A stretch of DNA of 64,000 nucleotides from Phycisphaeraceae bacterium (lineage in GTDB: Bacteria; Planctomycetota; Phycisphaerae; Phycisphaerales; Phycisphaeraceae): NCBI GenBank assembly GCA_963674705.1, contig OY771506.1:3424001-3488000 (forward strand), in the 5' to 3' direction. Below, piece by piece: positions 48,533 through 57,347 of the stretch. A program made the position numbers and the translations under genes. The notes beneath the pieces were generated by a model. It saw only the letters and a list, made by a program, of their open reading frames with translations, was not told the origin of the DNA and did no database searches. Each line of letters begins with the position of its first letter. Position 1 is the first letter of the stretch.

Positions 48533-49894
48533 ATGTTCCCCCTACCAGCACAGTTCTTCGTCAGCATGATCATCATTGCTGTGGTCGTCCACATGATCCT
48601 GGGGGCGTGTGCGTACCTGATCTTCCTCGAGCGTAAGGTCGCCGCCTGGACGCAGGACCGTATCGGGCCCAACCGGACCAACTTCTCCTTCGGCCAGGAC
48701 AACATCTGGAAGGCGCTCAAACTCGACTTCATGAACAAATGGTTCTTCTTCGGCCTCGGCCAGGCGCTTGCCGACGGACTGAAGCTGATCTTCAAGGAAG
48801 ACTACACCCCGCCGCACGTCGACAGGCTTCTGTTCTGCCTTGCTCCGGTGCTCGTCGTCGTCCCCGCCATGATCGGCTGGGCCGTCGTCCCGTGGGGCGG
48901 TACGTATGACTTCCCGGGCCTGACGCTGTTCGGCGGGGAAATCGCCCAGGCCGGCCAAGTCGTCGTCGCAGTGGCCCCGATCTCCATCGGTGTGATCTTC
49001 ATGCTCGCCGTCTCCTCGCTGGCGGTTTACGGCGTCGTCCTCGGTGCGTACGCTTCCAACAACAAGTACTCCTTCCTCGGCGGCTTGCGTGCGACCGCAC
49101 AGATGCTCAGCTACGAAATCCCGATGGGCGTGTGCGTCCTCGTCGCCATCCTCTGCTTCCGCTCAAGCGACACGACGATCATCGTCAACCAACAGGCCGG
49201 CGGCGCGTGGGGCATCTTCATGCACCCGCTGCTGGCCGTGATCTTCTTCACCTGCGTGCTCGCCGAATGCAACCGCGCCCCGTTCGACCTCGCGGAAGCC
49301 GAGCAGGAACTGGTCGGTGGCTTCCACACCGAATACAGCTCGATGAAGTGGGCACTGTTCTTCCTCGCAGAATACATGCACATGATCACCGGTTCCGCAT
49401 TCTTCACCATCCTCTTCCTGGGCGGTTGGGACATCGCACCATTTGCCAGCTACAGCGGATACGAACTGCTCCCGACGCTCGCGGGCGGCGATCAGCCGTG
49501 GCTCTTCTTCGGCGAAGGCGGCCAGCCCTGGTGGATGGCGCTACTGATCGTCTTCATCAAGTTCAACGTCTTCGTCGGCAAGATCACGACGCTGCTTTTC
49601 ATCATGATGTGGATTCGCTGGACGCTGCCCCGCTTCCGCTTCGACCAACTCATGAAACTCGCATGGCGCGGCCTGATCCCCATCACCATCGCGGTCATGC
49701 TCGCCACAGGTATCATGATTTTCGTCAAGATCGACCCGATCAAGTACTGGTGGGCCTACACGCTGGCAAACATCGGCATCGGCATTGCCGCCGCCATGAT
49801 CGGCCCATACCTGCCGGGCCCGAACGTCAACCGACGAATCCCCCTGGAAGGCTCCCGCTTCAATCCACCCGTCAAAGCACAACCCGGCAGTTGA
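48533..49894 (+). CDS. nuoH: NADH-quinone oxidoreductase subunit H
   Basis: ERKVAA..QDRIGPNR, ADGLKL..KE, SNNKYS.LGGLR, NRAPFDL.EAE.ELV.G.HTEYS, RWTLPRFRFDQL. Confidence 0.96.
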   Translation: MFPLPAQFFVSMIIIAVVVHMILGACAYLIFLERKVAAWTQDRIGPNRTNFSFGQDNIWKALKLDFMNKWFFFGLGQALADGLKLIFKEDYTPPHVDRLLFCLAPVLVVVPAMIGWAVVPWGGTYDFPGLTLFGGEIAQAGQVVVAVAPISIGVIFMLAVSSLAVYGVVLGAYASNNKYSFLGGLRATAQMLSYEIPMGVCVLVAILCFRSSDTTIIVNQQAGGAWGIFMHPLLAVIFFTCVLAECNRAPFDLAEAEQELVGGFHTEYSSMKWALFFLAEYMHMITGSAFFTILFLGGWDIAPFASYSGYELLPTLAGGDQPWLFFGEGGQPWWMALLIVFIKFNVFVGKITTLLFIMMWIRWTLPRFRFDQLMKLAWRGLIPITIAVMLATGIMIFVKIDPIKYWWAYTLANIGIGIAAAMIGPYLPGPNVNRRIPLEGSRFNPPVKAQPGS

Positions 49895-49914
49895 GTACTT
49901 ACATGCAACACCAC

Positions 49915-50092
49915 TTAGCCCGACCATCCTGGTCGGGTTATTTATTTGGCGAGTAGGCAGATCTCTATATTTTAATCGCTAATCGCTAATCTTTAATCGC
50001 TGATGTGCCGGCAATGAAAACGATCGCCGAATGTGAAGTATCCACATTAACGATTAGCGATTAACGATCAACGATTTAAAATCAGCAATCAA
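49915..50092. repeat. Intergenic repeat mosaic 2: REP-like hairpin plus inverted TAATCGC / ATTAGCG arrays
   Basis: CCCGACCA-TCC-TGGTCGGG; TAATCGC-like x4 at 49973-50000; ATTA(A/G)CG-like x4 at 50046-50073. Confidence 0.85.
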
Positions 50093-50611
50093 TCACTTCC
50101 CCTCATCACCCTTATCCTGGCGATAAAGGTCGAGGTAGAACTCCAGCAGGTCTTTGCCGTGCATGCTCTTGGTGCGTGTGTGCTGGAAACCGACGTGATC
50201 GAACAGCCCGACCGCCGCGTCTTTCTCGAAGCGTGTATCAAGTCGGATCTTCAGGTACCCGTGATGCTTGCAGTGTGCTAAGGCCACTTCCAGCAGCCGC
50301 GCCGCGATCGGTGAATCATGATGCCCCGGCTCGACGCGCAACCGGCGCACCTCCGCCGTGTGCGCCTCGTCACTGGCAACCCCGATCATCCCGACGACCT
50401 TGCCGTCCACCTCCGCGATCCAGAAGTGGTGGCGATCGCTGTCGAAGTACGCTTCACGCAGGTTGTCGATGTCAGCTCCGGAATCATTGGGCGCGACCTG
50501 GCCGGCAAGACGGCCGTGGTCATACAGGTGAAACACAGCTTGGTGATCCCGGTCTTCAAACGTCCTGACAATCAGGTTCGAGTATGCGTTGTCTGATCGC
50601 GGATCGGTCAT
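50093..50611 (-). CDS. GNAT family N-acetyltransferase
   Basis: FWIAEVDGKVVGMI, AEVRRLRV, AVGLFDHVGF. Confidence 0.85.
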   Translation of the reverse strand: MTDPRSDNAYSNLIVRTFEDRDHQAVFHLYDHGRLAGQVAPNDSGADIDNLREAYFDSDRHHFWIAEVDGKVVGMIGVASDEAHTAEVRRLRVEPGHHDSPIAARLLEVALAHCKHHGYLKIRLDTRFEKDAAVGLFDHVGFQHTRTKSMHGKDLLEFYLDLYRQDKGDEGK

Positions 50612-50692
50612 AGAAAGCCATCCCTGCGGCGTTCGACCTCCAACAGCCGAACGCCTCTTTTCTGCGCACCCTATTGTAACACTACTGACGGT

Positions 50693-51223
50693 TTAGCGAG
50701 CCCCGACGTTGAGAAAGGTTAATTCATCTTTGTCAGTGTCGAGAACCGCGACCGTATATCGATGGGCCCTGCACAGCGCCCCGGGGTTGATCACCCGTGT
50801 ATCCCCGGACCTTGTATCCGATGCCTGATGCGTGTGCCCGTGGCACAGATAACGCACCGGTTTTGCCAGTTCCTGCTTCATCACGCTCGCCTGGTGCCCG
50901 TGGCAGAACGCCAACTCACCGCCTCCCACGTCCAGATGCCCAACAGGATGATCGATGACCATCCCCAAGTGCTCCGCATAATCACCTAACGCCTTGGCAT
51001 CCCAGTCTGTATTGCCGAAAACCAGGTGCGTCGGGATCGCCTCACCAGCCCCGGGGCGCTGCACAGCCAACTCGTCGATCACCTCTACGGTGCCGACGTC
51101 TCCCAGATGAATGAGCACATCGATCCCCTCGCCCAGCAGGGCTTGAACGCCCAGACGGGTAGTCACGGCTCGACCGTGCGAATCAGACAGCAGACCGATC
51201 CTTGGCAAATCGGAAATCCCCAT
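50693..51223 (-). CDS. YfcE-like metallophosphoesterase
   Basis: LSDSHG, HLGDV, FGNTD, CHGH, HGHTH, INPG. Confidence 0.88.
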   Translation of the reverse strand: MGISDLPRIGLLSDSHGRAVTTRLGVQALLGEGIDVLIHLGDVGTVEVIDELAVQRPGAGEAIPTHLVFGNTDWDAKALGDYAEHLGMVIDHPVGHLDVGGGELAFCHGHQASVMKQELAKPVRYLCHGHTHQASDTRSGDTRVINPGALCRAHRYTVAVLDTDKDELTFLNVGAR

Positions 51224-51367
51224 ACAACGATCACAAGCCGATATTCTAGAAGTGTACCGTACAATCTGTCCGGGGAAAACCCCTGTCCCGAGTTTTTTCC
51301 ACACCTCCGCCGTCAAACCGCTATGCTTTTGGCCTGTAGAGACTTCGTACCAACGCAGGATGGACCC

Positions 51368-52174
51368 ATGAGTGACGTGCTGGCCCGGATTATCGCAGAT
51401 AAACGCATCGAAGTGGACCAGGCCCAACAGACCCGACCGCTGGAGCAGGTCAAGCAGCAGGCCTTGGCAAACGAACCGCCACGCAATTTTTTCTCAGCCG
51501 TGACCCGTCCCAAGGGCGAACTGCGTGTCATCGCCGAGGTTAAAAAAGCCAGCCCCTCAGCGGGTCTGATCCGCGAGGACTTCGACCCCGTCGCCATCGC
51601 CCGGGCATACCACGACAACGGCGCAGCCGCGATCAGTTGCCTGACGGATGCCAAATACTTCCAAGGCGACCTCGCCTACATAGCTCAGATCAAGCAGGCC
51701 GTCCCGCTGCCCGTCTTGCGCAAAGACTTCATAGTCGATCCCTACCAGGTCTACGAAGCCCGTGCCGCCGGTGCTGACGCCATCCTGCTCATCGCTGAAT
51801 GCCTCGGCGAGCCGCAGATGATCGACCTGCTCATCCTCGCCACCGAACTGAAGATGACCGTCCTGCTTGAGGTCCACGACTTTGAAAGCCTCATCCAGGT
51901 CAAGAGCCACGTCGGTTTTCCACATCCGGGCTATCAGTTACTCGGTATCAACAACCGCAACCTCAAGACCATGACCACCGACCTGAGCCACACACTCGAC
52001 CTGCTCAGTGAAGTCCCCGACAAAGACATCCTCGTCAGCGAGTCCGGCATCCGCACCAACGAGGATATCCAACGCCTCCGCAAAGCCGGCATCCACCGCG
52101 TCCTCGTCGGCGAACACCTGATGAAACAACCGGACGTCGGCCAGGCATTAAAAGAACTCATGGGCGCTAACTAA
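51368..52174 (+). CDS. trpC: Indole-3-glycerol phosphate synthase
   Basis: IAEVKKASPS, ISCLTD..YFQG, LRKDFI, GINNRNL, VSESGI, LVGEHLM. Confidence 0.96.
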   Translation: MSDVLARIIADKRIEVDQAQQTRPLEQVKQQALANEPPRNFFSAVTRPKGELRVIAEVKKASPSAGLIREDFDPVAIARAYHDNGAAAISCLTDAKYFQGDLAYIAQIKQAVPLPVLRKDFIVDPYQVYEARAAGADAILLIAECLGEPQMIDLLILATELKMTVLLEVHDFESLIQVKSHVGFPHPGYQLLGINNRNLKTMTTDLSHTLDLLSEVPDKDILVSESGIRTNEDIQRLRKAGIHRVLVGEHLMKQPDVGQALKELMGAN

Positions 52175-52182
52175 TCCCGCCC

Positions 52183-52241
52183 GTTTAGCGGGGCAACTCG
52201 CTGCCCCATCCCAAGTTTAGCGGAGCAGTTTACTGCTCCAT
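52183..52241 (+). repeat. Tandem pair of REP-like hairpins
   Basis: GTTTAGCGGGGCA-ACTCGC-TGCCCCAT and GTTTAGCGGAGCA-GTTTAC-TGCTCCAT, 32-nt period. Confidence 0.75.
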
Positions 52242-52293
52242 TCGCCGCAACGTGACGACTTCAATGAATCTGGCACTCACTTTGAGGAACCAT

Positions 52294-53685
52294 ATGCCCA
52301 CCTCACCAACCCGTCGTGACTTTCTCCAGACCACCGCCGCCCTAGGCCTCGGCGCATTCGCCACCACCATCCCGGCCTTCGCACAATCAAGCACCAGACC
52401 CGCCACCAACGACACGCGTCTGCGCGTCCTTTCCATCGGTGTCACCGGCACCATCGGCGGCACCGATCGCATGAAGGTCCACGAACACCCCAAAGCAGAT
52501 ATCGTCGGCCTGTGCGATGTCGATTCCCAGGCTATCGCCGAAGCCGTCAAAGCGCATCCTTCCGCCTTCACCTGCGCCGATTACCGCGAAGCCTTCGATA
52601 AACACGCTAACAAATTCGACGCCGTCATCGTCGCCACGCCCGACCATTCGCACTGCGCGATCATGACCCTCGCACTCGCCAAGGGTAAACACGTCTACGG
52701 CCAAAAACCCCTCGTCCACCAGCTCGAAGAACTGCACACCCTCGGCCGTGCCGTCAAAGCGCGACCGCAACTCGTCACACAGACCGGCAACCAGCGCATC
52801 GAATCCCCATGCCGACGCGCTGCAGTCGACATCCTCAAGAGCGGCACACTCGGCAAGGTCATCGAAGTCCACATCTCTTTCGGCGCAAGCGCCATCTCCG
52901 GCGGGCATTACTTCACCGACGGCGTTCTCCGCGACCCGATCGATCCACCAGCCCACATCAACTATGACCTATGGCTCAACGGTGCGCAGTACGAATCCTG
53001 CCGACCTCAGATGGTCCAACGTCAATGGCGTAGCTGGTGGAACTACGGCGGCGGCATGATCGCCGATTGGATCGTCCACCTTGTCGACGTCATGTTCTAC
53101 GCTTTCCCCGAACTGCAAAGCCCGACCCAGGTCTGCTCCCGCACCCGTTCGCGCGACCTGACACACTTCCACGCCGACCGCGTCTCCTCCACACTCACCT
53201 ACCCCGTCAACACCGACAACTTCGCCAACAGTAATTGCAACTTCTACCTCTACGACAGCGGCATCCGCCCCGACCGCAAACAACTCGGTATCGGTGAGGG
53301 CGACTGGCCCGCGAATAACTTCACCGTCATCGTATGCCAAGCAGGCACAATCGTGCTAGGTCCAAGCGAACCTATCGAAGTCTGGCGCGATGGCGAAAAA
53401 ACCGACGGTCTACAAATGCCCGGCCTGCCTAACTACGAATCCTTCAACCACTGGCACGCGTGGGTCGACAAAGCCCTCGGCATCGACACCCCACACCACT
53501 GGACCCCTTTCGACATCGGCCTGCGCTGCACCGAAGTCGGCCTGCTCGCTATCAAAGCCGCCAAATACCCCGGCCAAATCCTCGAATGGAACGCCGACAA
53601 ACGCGCTTTCACCAACCACAAGCAAGCCACACAAACCATCGTCCGCCGCCACTACCGCAAAGGCTTCGAACCGGTAAAGCTGTAA
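52294..53685 (+). CDS. Tat-exported Gfo/Idh/MocA family oxidoreductase
   Basis: TRRDFL signal, LCDVD, ATPDHSH, HVYGQKPL, TQTGNQ, ADWIVH..D. Confidence 0.9.
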   Translation: MPTSPTRRDFLQTTAALGLGAFATTIPAFAQSSTRPATNDTRLRVLSIGVTGTIGGTDRMKVHEHPKADIVGLCDVDSQAIAEAVKAHPSAFTCADYREAFDKHANKFDAVIVATPDHSHCAIMTLALAKGKHVYGQKPLVHQLEELHTLGRAVKARPQLVTQTGNQRIESPCRRAAVDILKSGTLGKVIEVHISFGASAISGGHYFTDGVLRDPIDPPAHINYDLWLNGAQYESCRPQMVQRQWRSWWNYGGGMIADWIVHLVDVMFYAFPELQSPTQVCSRTRSRDLTHFHADRVSSTLTYPVNTDNFANSNCNFYLYDSGIRPDRKQLGIGEGDWPANNFTVIVCQAGTIVLGPSEPIEVWRDGEKTDGLQMPGLPNYESFNHWHAWVDKALGIDTPHHWTPFDIGLRCTEVGLLAIKAAKYPGQILEWNADKRAFTNHKQATQTIVRRHYRKGFEPVKL

Positions 53686-53767
53686 ACACATCGCGCAGCC
53701 ACCCTGGTCGGGTGGCTTTCATTCTACACCCGAACGCGGCGAGCAATCCGAACCTGTGCAATACCGG

Positions 53768-54682
53768 TCAACGAGCCCGTCGTCTGACCAGTACAAACAG
53801 TGATCCGATCGCCGACAGTGCAAACGTCGTCGGCTCGGGACATCCCGTGTAAGCCTCCGGGGTTGCGACGCTCATAAAATCATCAATGTTGGTTTCGCAA
53901 ACGACCTGGCCGACGCCGCCGCCTAATGGCACATCAGCGCCGGATGGATCACCGATGAACACGAACGAGTAATCGGGGTCGGTATAGAAACTGGGTGGTG
54001 TATCGTCGCCGGGCCAGACGCCCATGCTGTAGAAGATGCCTGTCGCATCGGTATCGACATCGGGGCCCTCGAACGTCAGATCGCACGACTTGACCTTGAG
54101 TTGCTCACCCTTAGGCCCGAAGAACTTGTAGCATTTACCCGCTGTACCGGGGATCACACCGCCGGCCGCGGGGACGGGCACCATCGCGCCGCCGCCGCCG
54201 GGACGCACCTGCTGCATCTTCCAATTACCTGTGTTGGGCTTGATCTCCAGATCGTGTGTCTTACTCTTATTCACACGGAAGCGGTAATAGATGACGACCT
54301 GACCGCCGCCGCCACCTCCGCCACCACCCGCATTGGGATTACCACCGGGGCCGATGATCGGATCGATCGGATGTACGGTCGGCGGATCGCCCGGCACCTC
54401 AGGGCTGCAAATCGTCAGTTGAAAACCCGGGTCCAGCCAGACCACATCGGTCCAATCAGGATCGGAACCGACGTTGATAGGTAGCGCGTAGTTATAAATC
54501 GGATCGCCAAACTCATCTTCCTCGTACCAGTTCTGATACGTGGTGCAGTACCGCTGCGCATCCTCGTTCCACTGCCGCGTGACAACATACTTCACATCGT
54601 ACGACGCATTTGCCGTTTGGATCGGCAGGCTGATGATCAAACCAACCAACGCAAGCATCAATCCCTGCAATAACCGTTTCAT
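53768..54682 (-). CDS. PEP-CTERM surface protein with poly-Gly linker
   Basis: Signal peptide ending ANA, G9 linker, CPEPTTFALSAIGSLFVLVRRRAR; GGAGAAAG RBS. Confidence 0.88.
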   Translation of the reverse strand: MKRLLQGLMLALVGLIISLPIQTANASYDVKYVVTRQWNEDAQRYCTTYQNWYEEDEFGDPIYNYALPINVGSDPDWTDVVWLDPGFQLTICSPEVPGDPPTVHPIDPIIGPGGNPNAGGGGGGGGGQVVIYYRFRVNKSKTHDLEIKPNTGNWKMQQVRPGGGGAMVPVPAAGGVIPGTAGKCYKFFGPKGEQLKVKSCDLTFEGPDVDTDATGIFYSMGVWPGDDTPPSFYTDPDYSFVFIGDPSGADVPLGGGVGQVVCETNIDDFMSVATPEAYTGCPEPTTFALSAIGSLFVLVRRRAR

Positions 54683-55315
54683 CTTTCTTTCTCCATGTTA
54701 TGCGTTCAATTCGGAACCACCTTGTTTGCGAACATGGGCAGTCAATAGAAGTCTCCACGCATCGTGATTGACATACGCAATCACCTGACGTTGGGGGGAG
54801 GCAGACCTGCCATCTGCGGCTGATGTTTGAGAATAAAGCGATAACTCTCCCCACCTGCCTGTGTAGGCACCCATAGATTTAATACATTTTTATCTCTTGT
54901 TGTGGCAATGTCAAGAGTTAAAGGTTGATATGGCTGAAATCGCTCAGTAGCCGGTGTCTGTGCGAATGCGTAGGAATATATGTCCTGATGTCTTGACCAA
55001 GCAGGAACATATGTCACACGTTATACCGTAAATCCTTGCGGATAATGACAGTTGTGTAACCCAACAACGACAGCATCAGGCGACGGTAAGTACACCAGCA
55101 ATATCTAGCGGATTGCGGACTGTTGTGTTTCCGAAATGTGCAGCGACTGATCAGCATTGATCATCGAATCCGGGATTGCCGGCAAACCCAGTAGCGACAG
55201 CGAAAGATTCCCCCGGCCGGATGCACGCTTCCTGCTTTCACAAAACCCTGATTAAACGATGGATTTCAGTCTACAGGCTTTCCATCAAACACACGATTAA
55301 TTCACAAACAATTGT

Positions 55316-55411
55316 ATAGCCGCGACCATTGGTCGCGCTCCGGGATGTGTTCGCAAGGTAGGTGTAAGGTTTTCCATGTACATGAAGAGCGCGACCAATG
55401 GTCGCGGCTAT
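55316..55411. repeat. REPIN-like element: perfect 25-bp inverted repeat, each arm itself a hairpin
   Basis: ATAGCCGCGACCATTGGTCGCGCTC at 55316-55340, 46-nt spacer, GAGCGCGACCAATGGTCGCGGCTAT at 55387-55411. Confidence 0.85.
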
Positions 55412-55452
55412 TCAAAAAAACACCCAGGCAGGTCGGGCGATAGGCAGGTCAT

Positions 55453-56262
55453 TCACTTACCCACTTCAACAACCAACCCGTCATACGGCAGCCTCACACC
55501 TTCCGGCAACCGAGGCTCCAACTCCGCATGAGACACATCATGAGCCAGGTGCGTCAGGTACGCACGCTTGGGTTTGATCTGCTCGATCTCGCTAAGCGCC
55601 TGGTCGATCGTGAAGTGGGTCGGGTGATGACGGAAGCGCAGACCGTCGATGATTAACACATCAAGATCCTTGAGTAGCGCATAACTCTCCGGCGGGATCG
55701 ACGACACATCCGTGCAATACCCAAGCGACCTGCCCGCGATATCAATCCGGAAACCGAGTATCGGCAACCGCCCGTGCATCAGCCTGATCGGCGTCCACGT
55801 CGCACCGAACAGGTCCAGCACTTTGTCCGGTTCCAGCAGGTTCGGGATCAGCGTCGGGATGAATGATTTATTGACGTTGTGTTCCGAAGCAAAGATGTAC
55901 GGGAACATATGCCGTAACGATTCAAGCACGCGCTCTTCCGCGTAGATATCGAGCGGCTGTTTCATCACCGCGTTAAACCGACGCAGATCATCAAGCCCGA
56001 AGACATGGTCCGCATGGGCGTGGGTATACAACACGCCGTCGATCCGCTTGAGGTCCTCGCGCAGCGCCTGCTGCCGAAGGTCCGGCGAAGTATCGATCAG
56101 GTACGCTCTGCAGTTGCCGTCCGGATCGTCATACCGGATCAACACGCTCGTGCGGTCACGTTTGTCTCGCGGATCATCCGACCGGCAGACCGCACACTCG
56201 CACCCGATCATCGGTACGCCGGCGCTGGTACCGGTCCCTAAAAATAGAACTTCAAACTTCAT
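55453..56262 (-). CDS. PhnP-like metallo-beta-lactamase-fold hydrolase
   Basis: LGTGTSAGVP..GCEC.VC, IDTSPDLR, THAHADH..G.DDLR, YCTD, HPTH, THLAH. Confidence 0.92.
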   Translation of the reverse strand: MKFEVLFLGTGTSAGVPMIGCECAVCRSDDPRDKRDRTSVLIRYDDPDGNCRAYLIDTSPDLRQQALREDLKRIDGVLYTHAHADHVFGLDDLRRFNAVMKQPLDIYAEERVLESLRHMFPYIFASEHNVNKSFIPTLIPNLLEPDKVLDLFGATWTPIRLMHGRLPILGFRIDIAGRSLGYCTDVSSIPPESYALLKDLDVLIIDGLRFRHHPTHFTIDQALSEIEQIKPKRAYLTHLAHDVSHAELEPRLPEGVRLPYDGLVVEVGK

Positions 56263-56300
56263 GGCTCCGATTCTAGGGCAATGGGATGCTCTTGTCCTGA

Positions 56301-56330
56301 TTGACGCAACACGGGCAAGTCGGTTAGGCT
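56301..56330 (+). promoter_or_regulatory. Sigma70-type promoter of the leader/methyltransferase unit
   Basis: TTGACG-18 nt-TAGGCT; uORF ATG 7 nt downstream of the -10 box. Confidence 0.55.
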
Positions 56331-56337
56331 ACGCGCC

Positions 56338-56415
56338 ATGAGTCACTACGCCACCCCGGCTAACGGTAATGCCTTCAACCGCTTCTATGCGGCAAGGTAT
56401 CCGCACGCGAGGTAG
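56338..56415 (+). CDS. Putative 25-aa attenuator leader peptide MSHYATPANGNAFNRFYAARYPHAR
   Basis: Manually translated uORF starting near the predicted TSS; its stop codon lies in the antiterminator arm. Confidence 0.55.
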   Translation: MSHYATPANGNAFNRFYAARYPHAR

Positions 56416-56449
56416 GCAAACCAGACTTCTATTGACAAAAGTCGAATCG

Positions 56450-56478
56450 GCCCGTCTCGTGTGAGACGGGCTTTTTTT
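56450..56478 (+). terminator. Intrinsic terminator in the 5' leader (attenuator)
   Basis: GCCCGTCTC-GTGT-GAGACGGGC-TTTTTTT, 37 nt before the methyltransferase ATG. Confidence 0.85.
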
Positions 56479-56515
56479 ATTGGGACTTTTTGGATTACTT
56501 TGCAGGAGATATGAC

Positions 56516-57322
56516 ATGGACGCGCGTTGGGAAACAGCCATTCCCTACTACAGCCGATCGGGATTGCACATCGAGGTCTACGACACACTGACCGAGTTCT
56601 GGGCCAACCAGGATATCGGCTTCATGATCGAACAGGCACGCGAAGTAGGCGGCCCGGTATTGGAACTGGCAAGCGGCACCGGCCGAGTCGCCTGGCCGAT
56701 TGCACAGGCGGGATTTGATGTGGTGGGCCTGGATATCAACCCGGGCATGATCGCCGCCGCGGAGGCCAAACGCCCGCAATATCCAAGCGAAGTCAGTGAT
56801 CGCATGCGCTTCGTACACGGCGACATGACAAACTTCGACCTCAAACAGCAGTTCCGCCTGGTGTATATCACGTACCGTTCTTTTATGGCATTGATGACGC
56901 CTGAAGCACAGCAGAAGTGTCTACGCTGTATCCATCAACACCTCGAACCCGGCGGCAGGTTGGTGATCAACCTCTTCGATCCAAGGTTGTCGCGTTGCGA
57001 TGAGCAGATCGAAGACCCGACGGAAGAAATGACGGTAACAAACCCCGTAACCGGCTTGCAGGTCGAGCAACGCGCAGTCGATCGCATCAACGATCCGCTG
57101 AGCCAGTCCTTCAAGATGCTATGGATCATCAGTGAACGCGACGCACAAGGCAACACCGTACGCGAAGAACACGAACGCCTGGACCTCCGCTGGACCTATC
57201 GCTTCGAGATGCGATACCTCCTGGAGTTATGCGGTTTCGAAGTCCTGGCAGAGTTCTCAGACTTCGAAAAGTCCGCACCCGCCTACGGCGAAGAACAGGT
57301 GTGGGTCGCACAAAAGCGTTGA
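56516..57322 (+). CDS. Class I SAM-dependent methyltransferase
   Basis: VLELASGTGR, VVGLD, GDMTNFDL, HLEPGG.L, LLELCGF; AGGAG RBS. Confidence 0.92.
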   Translation: MDARWETAIPYYSRSGLHIEVYDTLTEFWANQDIGFMIEQAREVGGPVLELASGTGRVAWPIAQAGFDVVGLDINPGMIAAAEAKRPQYPSEVSDRMRFVHGDMTNFDLKQQFRLVYITYRSFMALMTPEAQQKCLRCIHQHLEPGGRLVINLFDPRLSRCDEQIEDPTEEMTVTNPVTGLQVEQRAVDRINDPLSQSFKMLWIISERDAQGNTVREEHERLDLRWTYRFEMRYLLELCGFEVLAEFSDFEKSAPAYGEEQVWVAQKR

Positions 57323-57347
57323 GTTACATATGAGGATGCAAGGGCAA

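Noticed and set aside
51026..51367. Long N-terminal extension of TrpC, and similar extensions on nuoH, lepB, the esterase and yfcE
   Set aside because: ORF-caller overshoot that overlaps divergent genes; family homology starts at downstream start codons.
56338..56480. SAM riboswitch or tRNA upstream of the methyltransferase
   Set aside because: No SAM-I/II/SAH consensus or cloverleaf recognised; the uORF attenuator model fits better.
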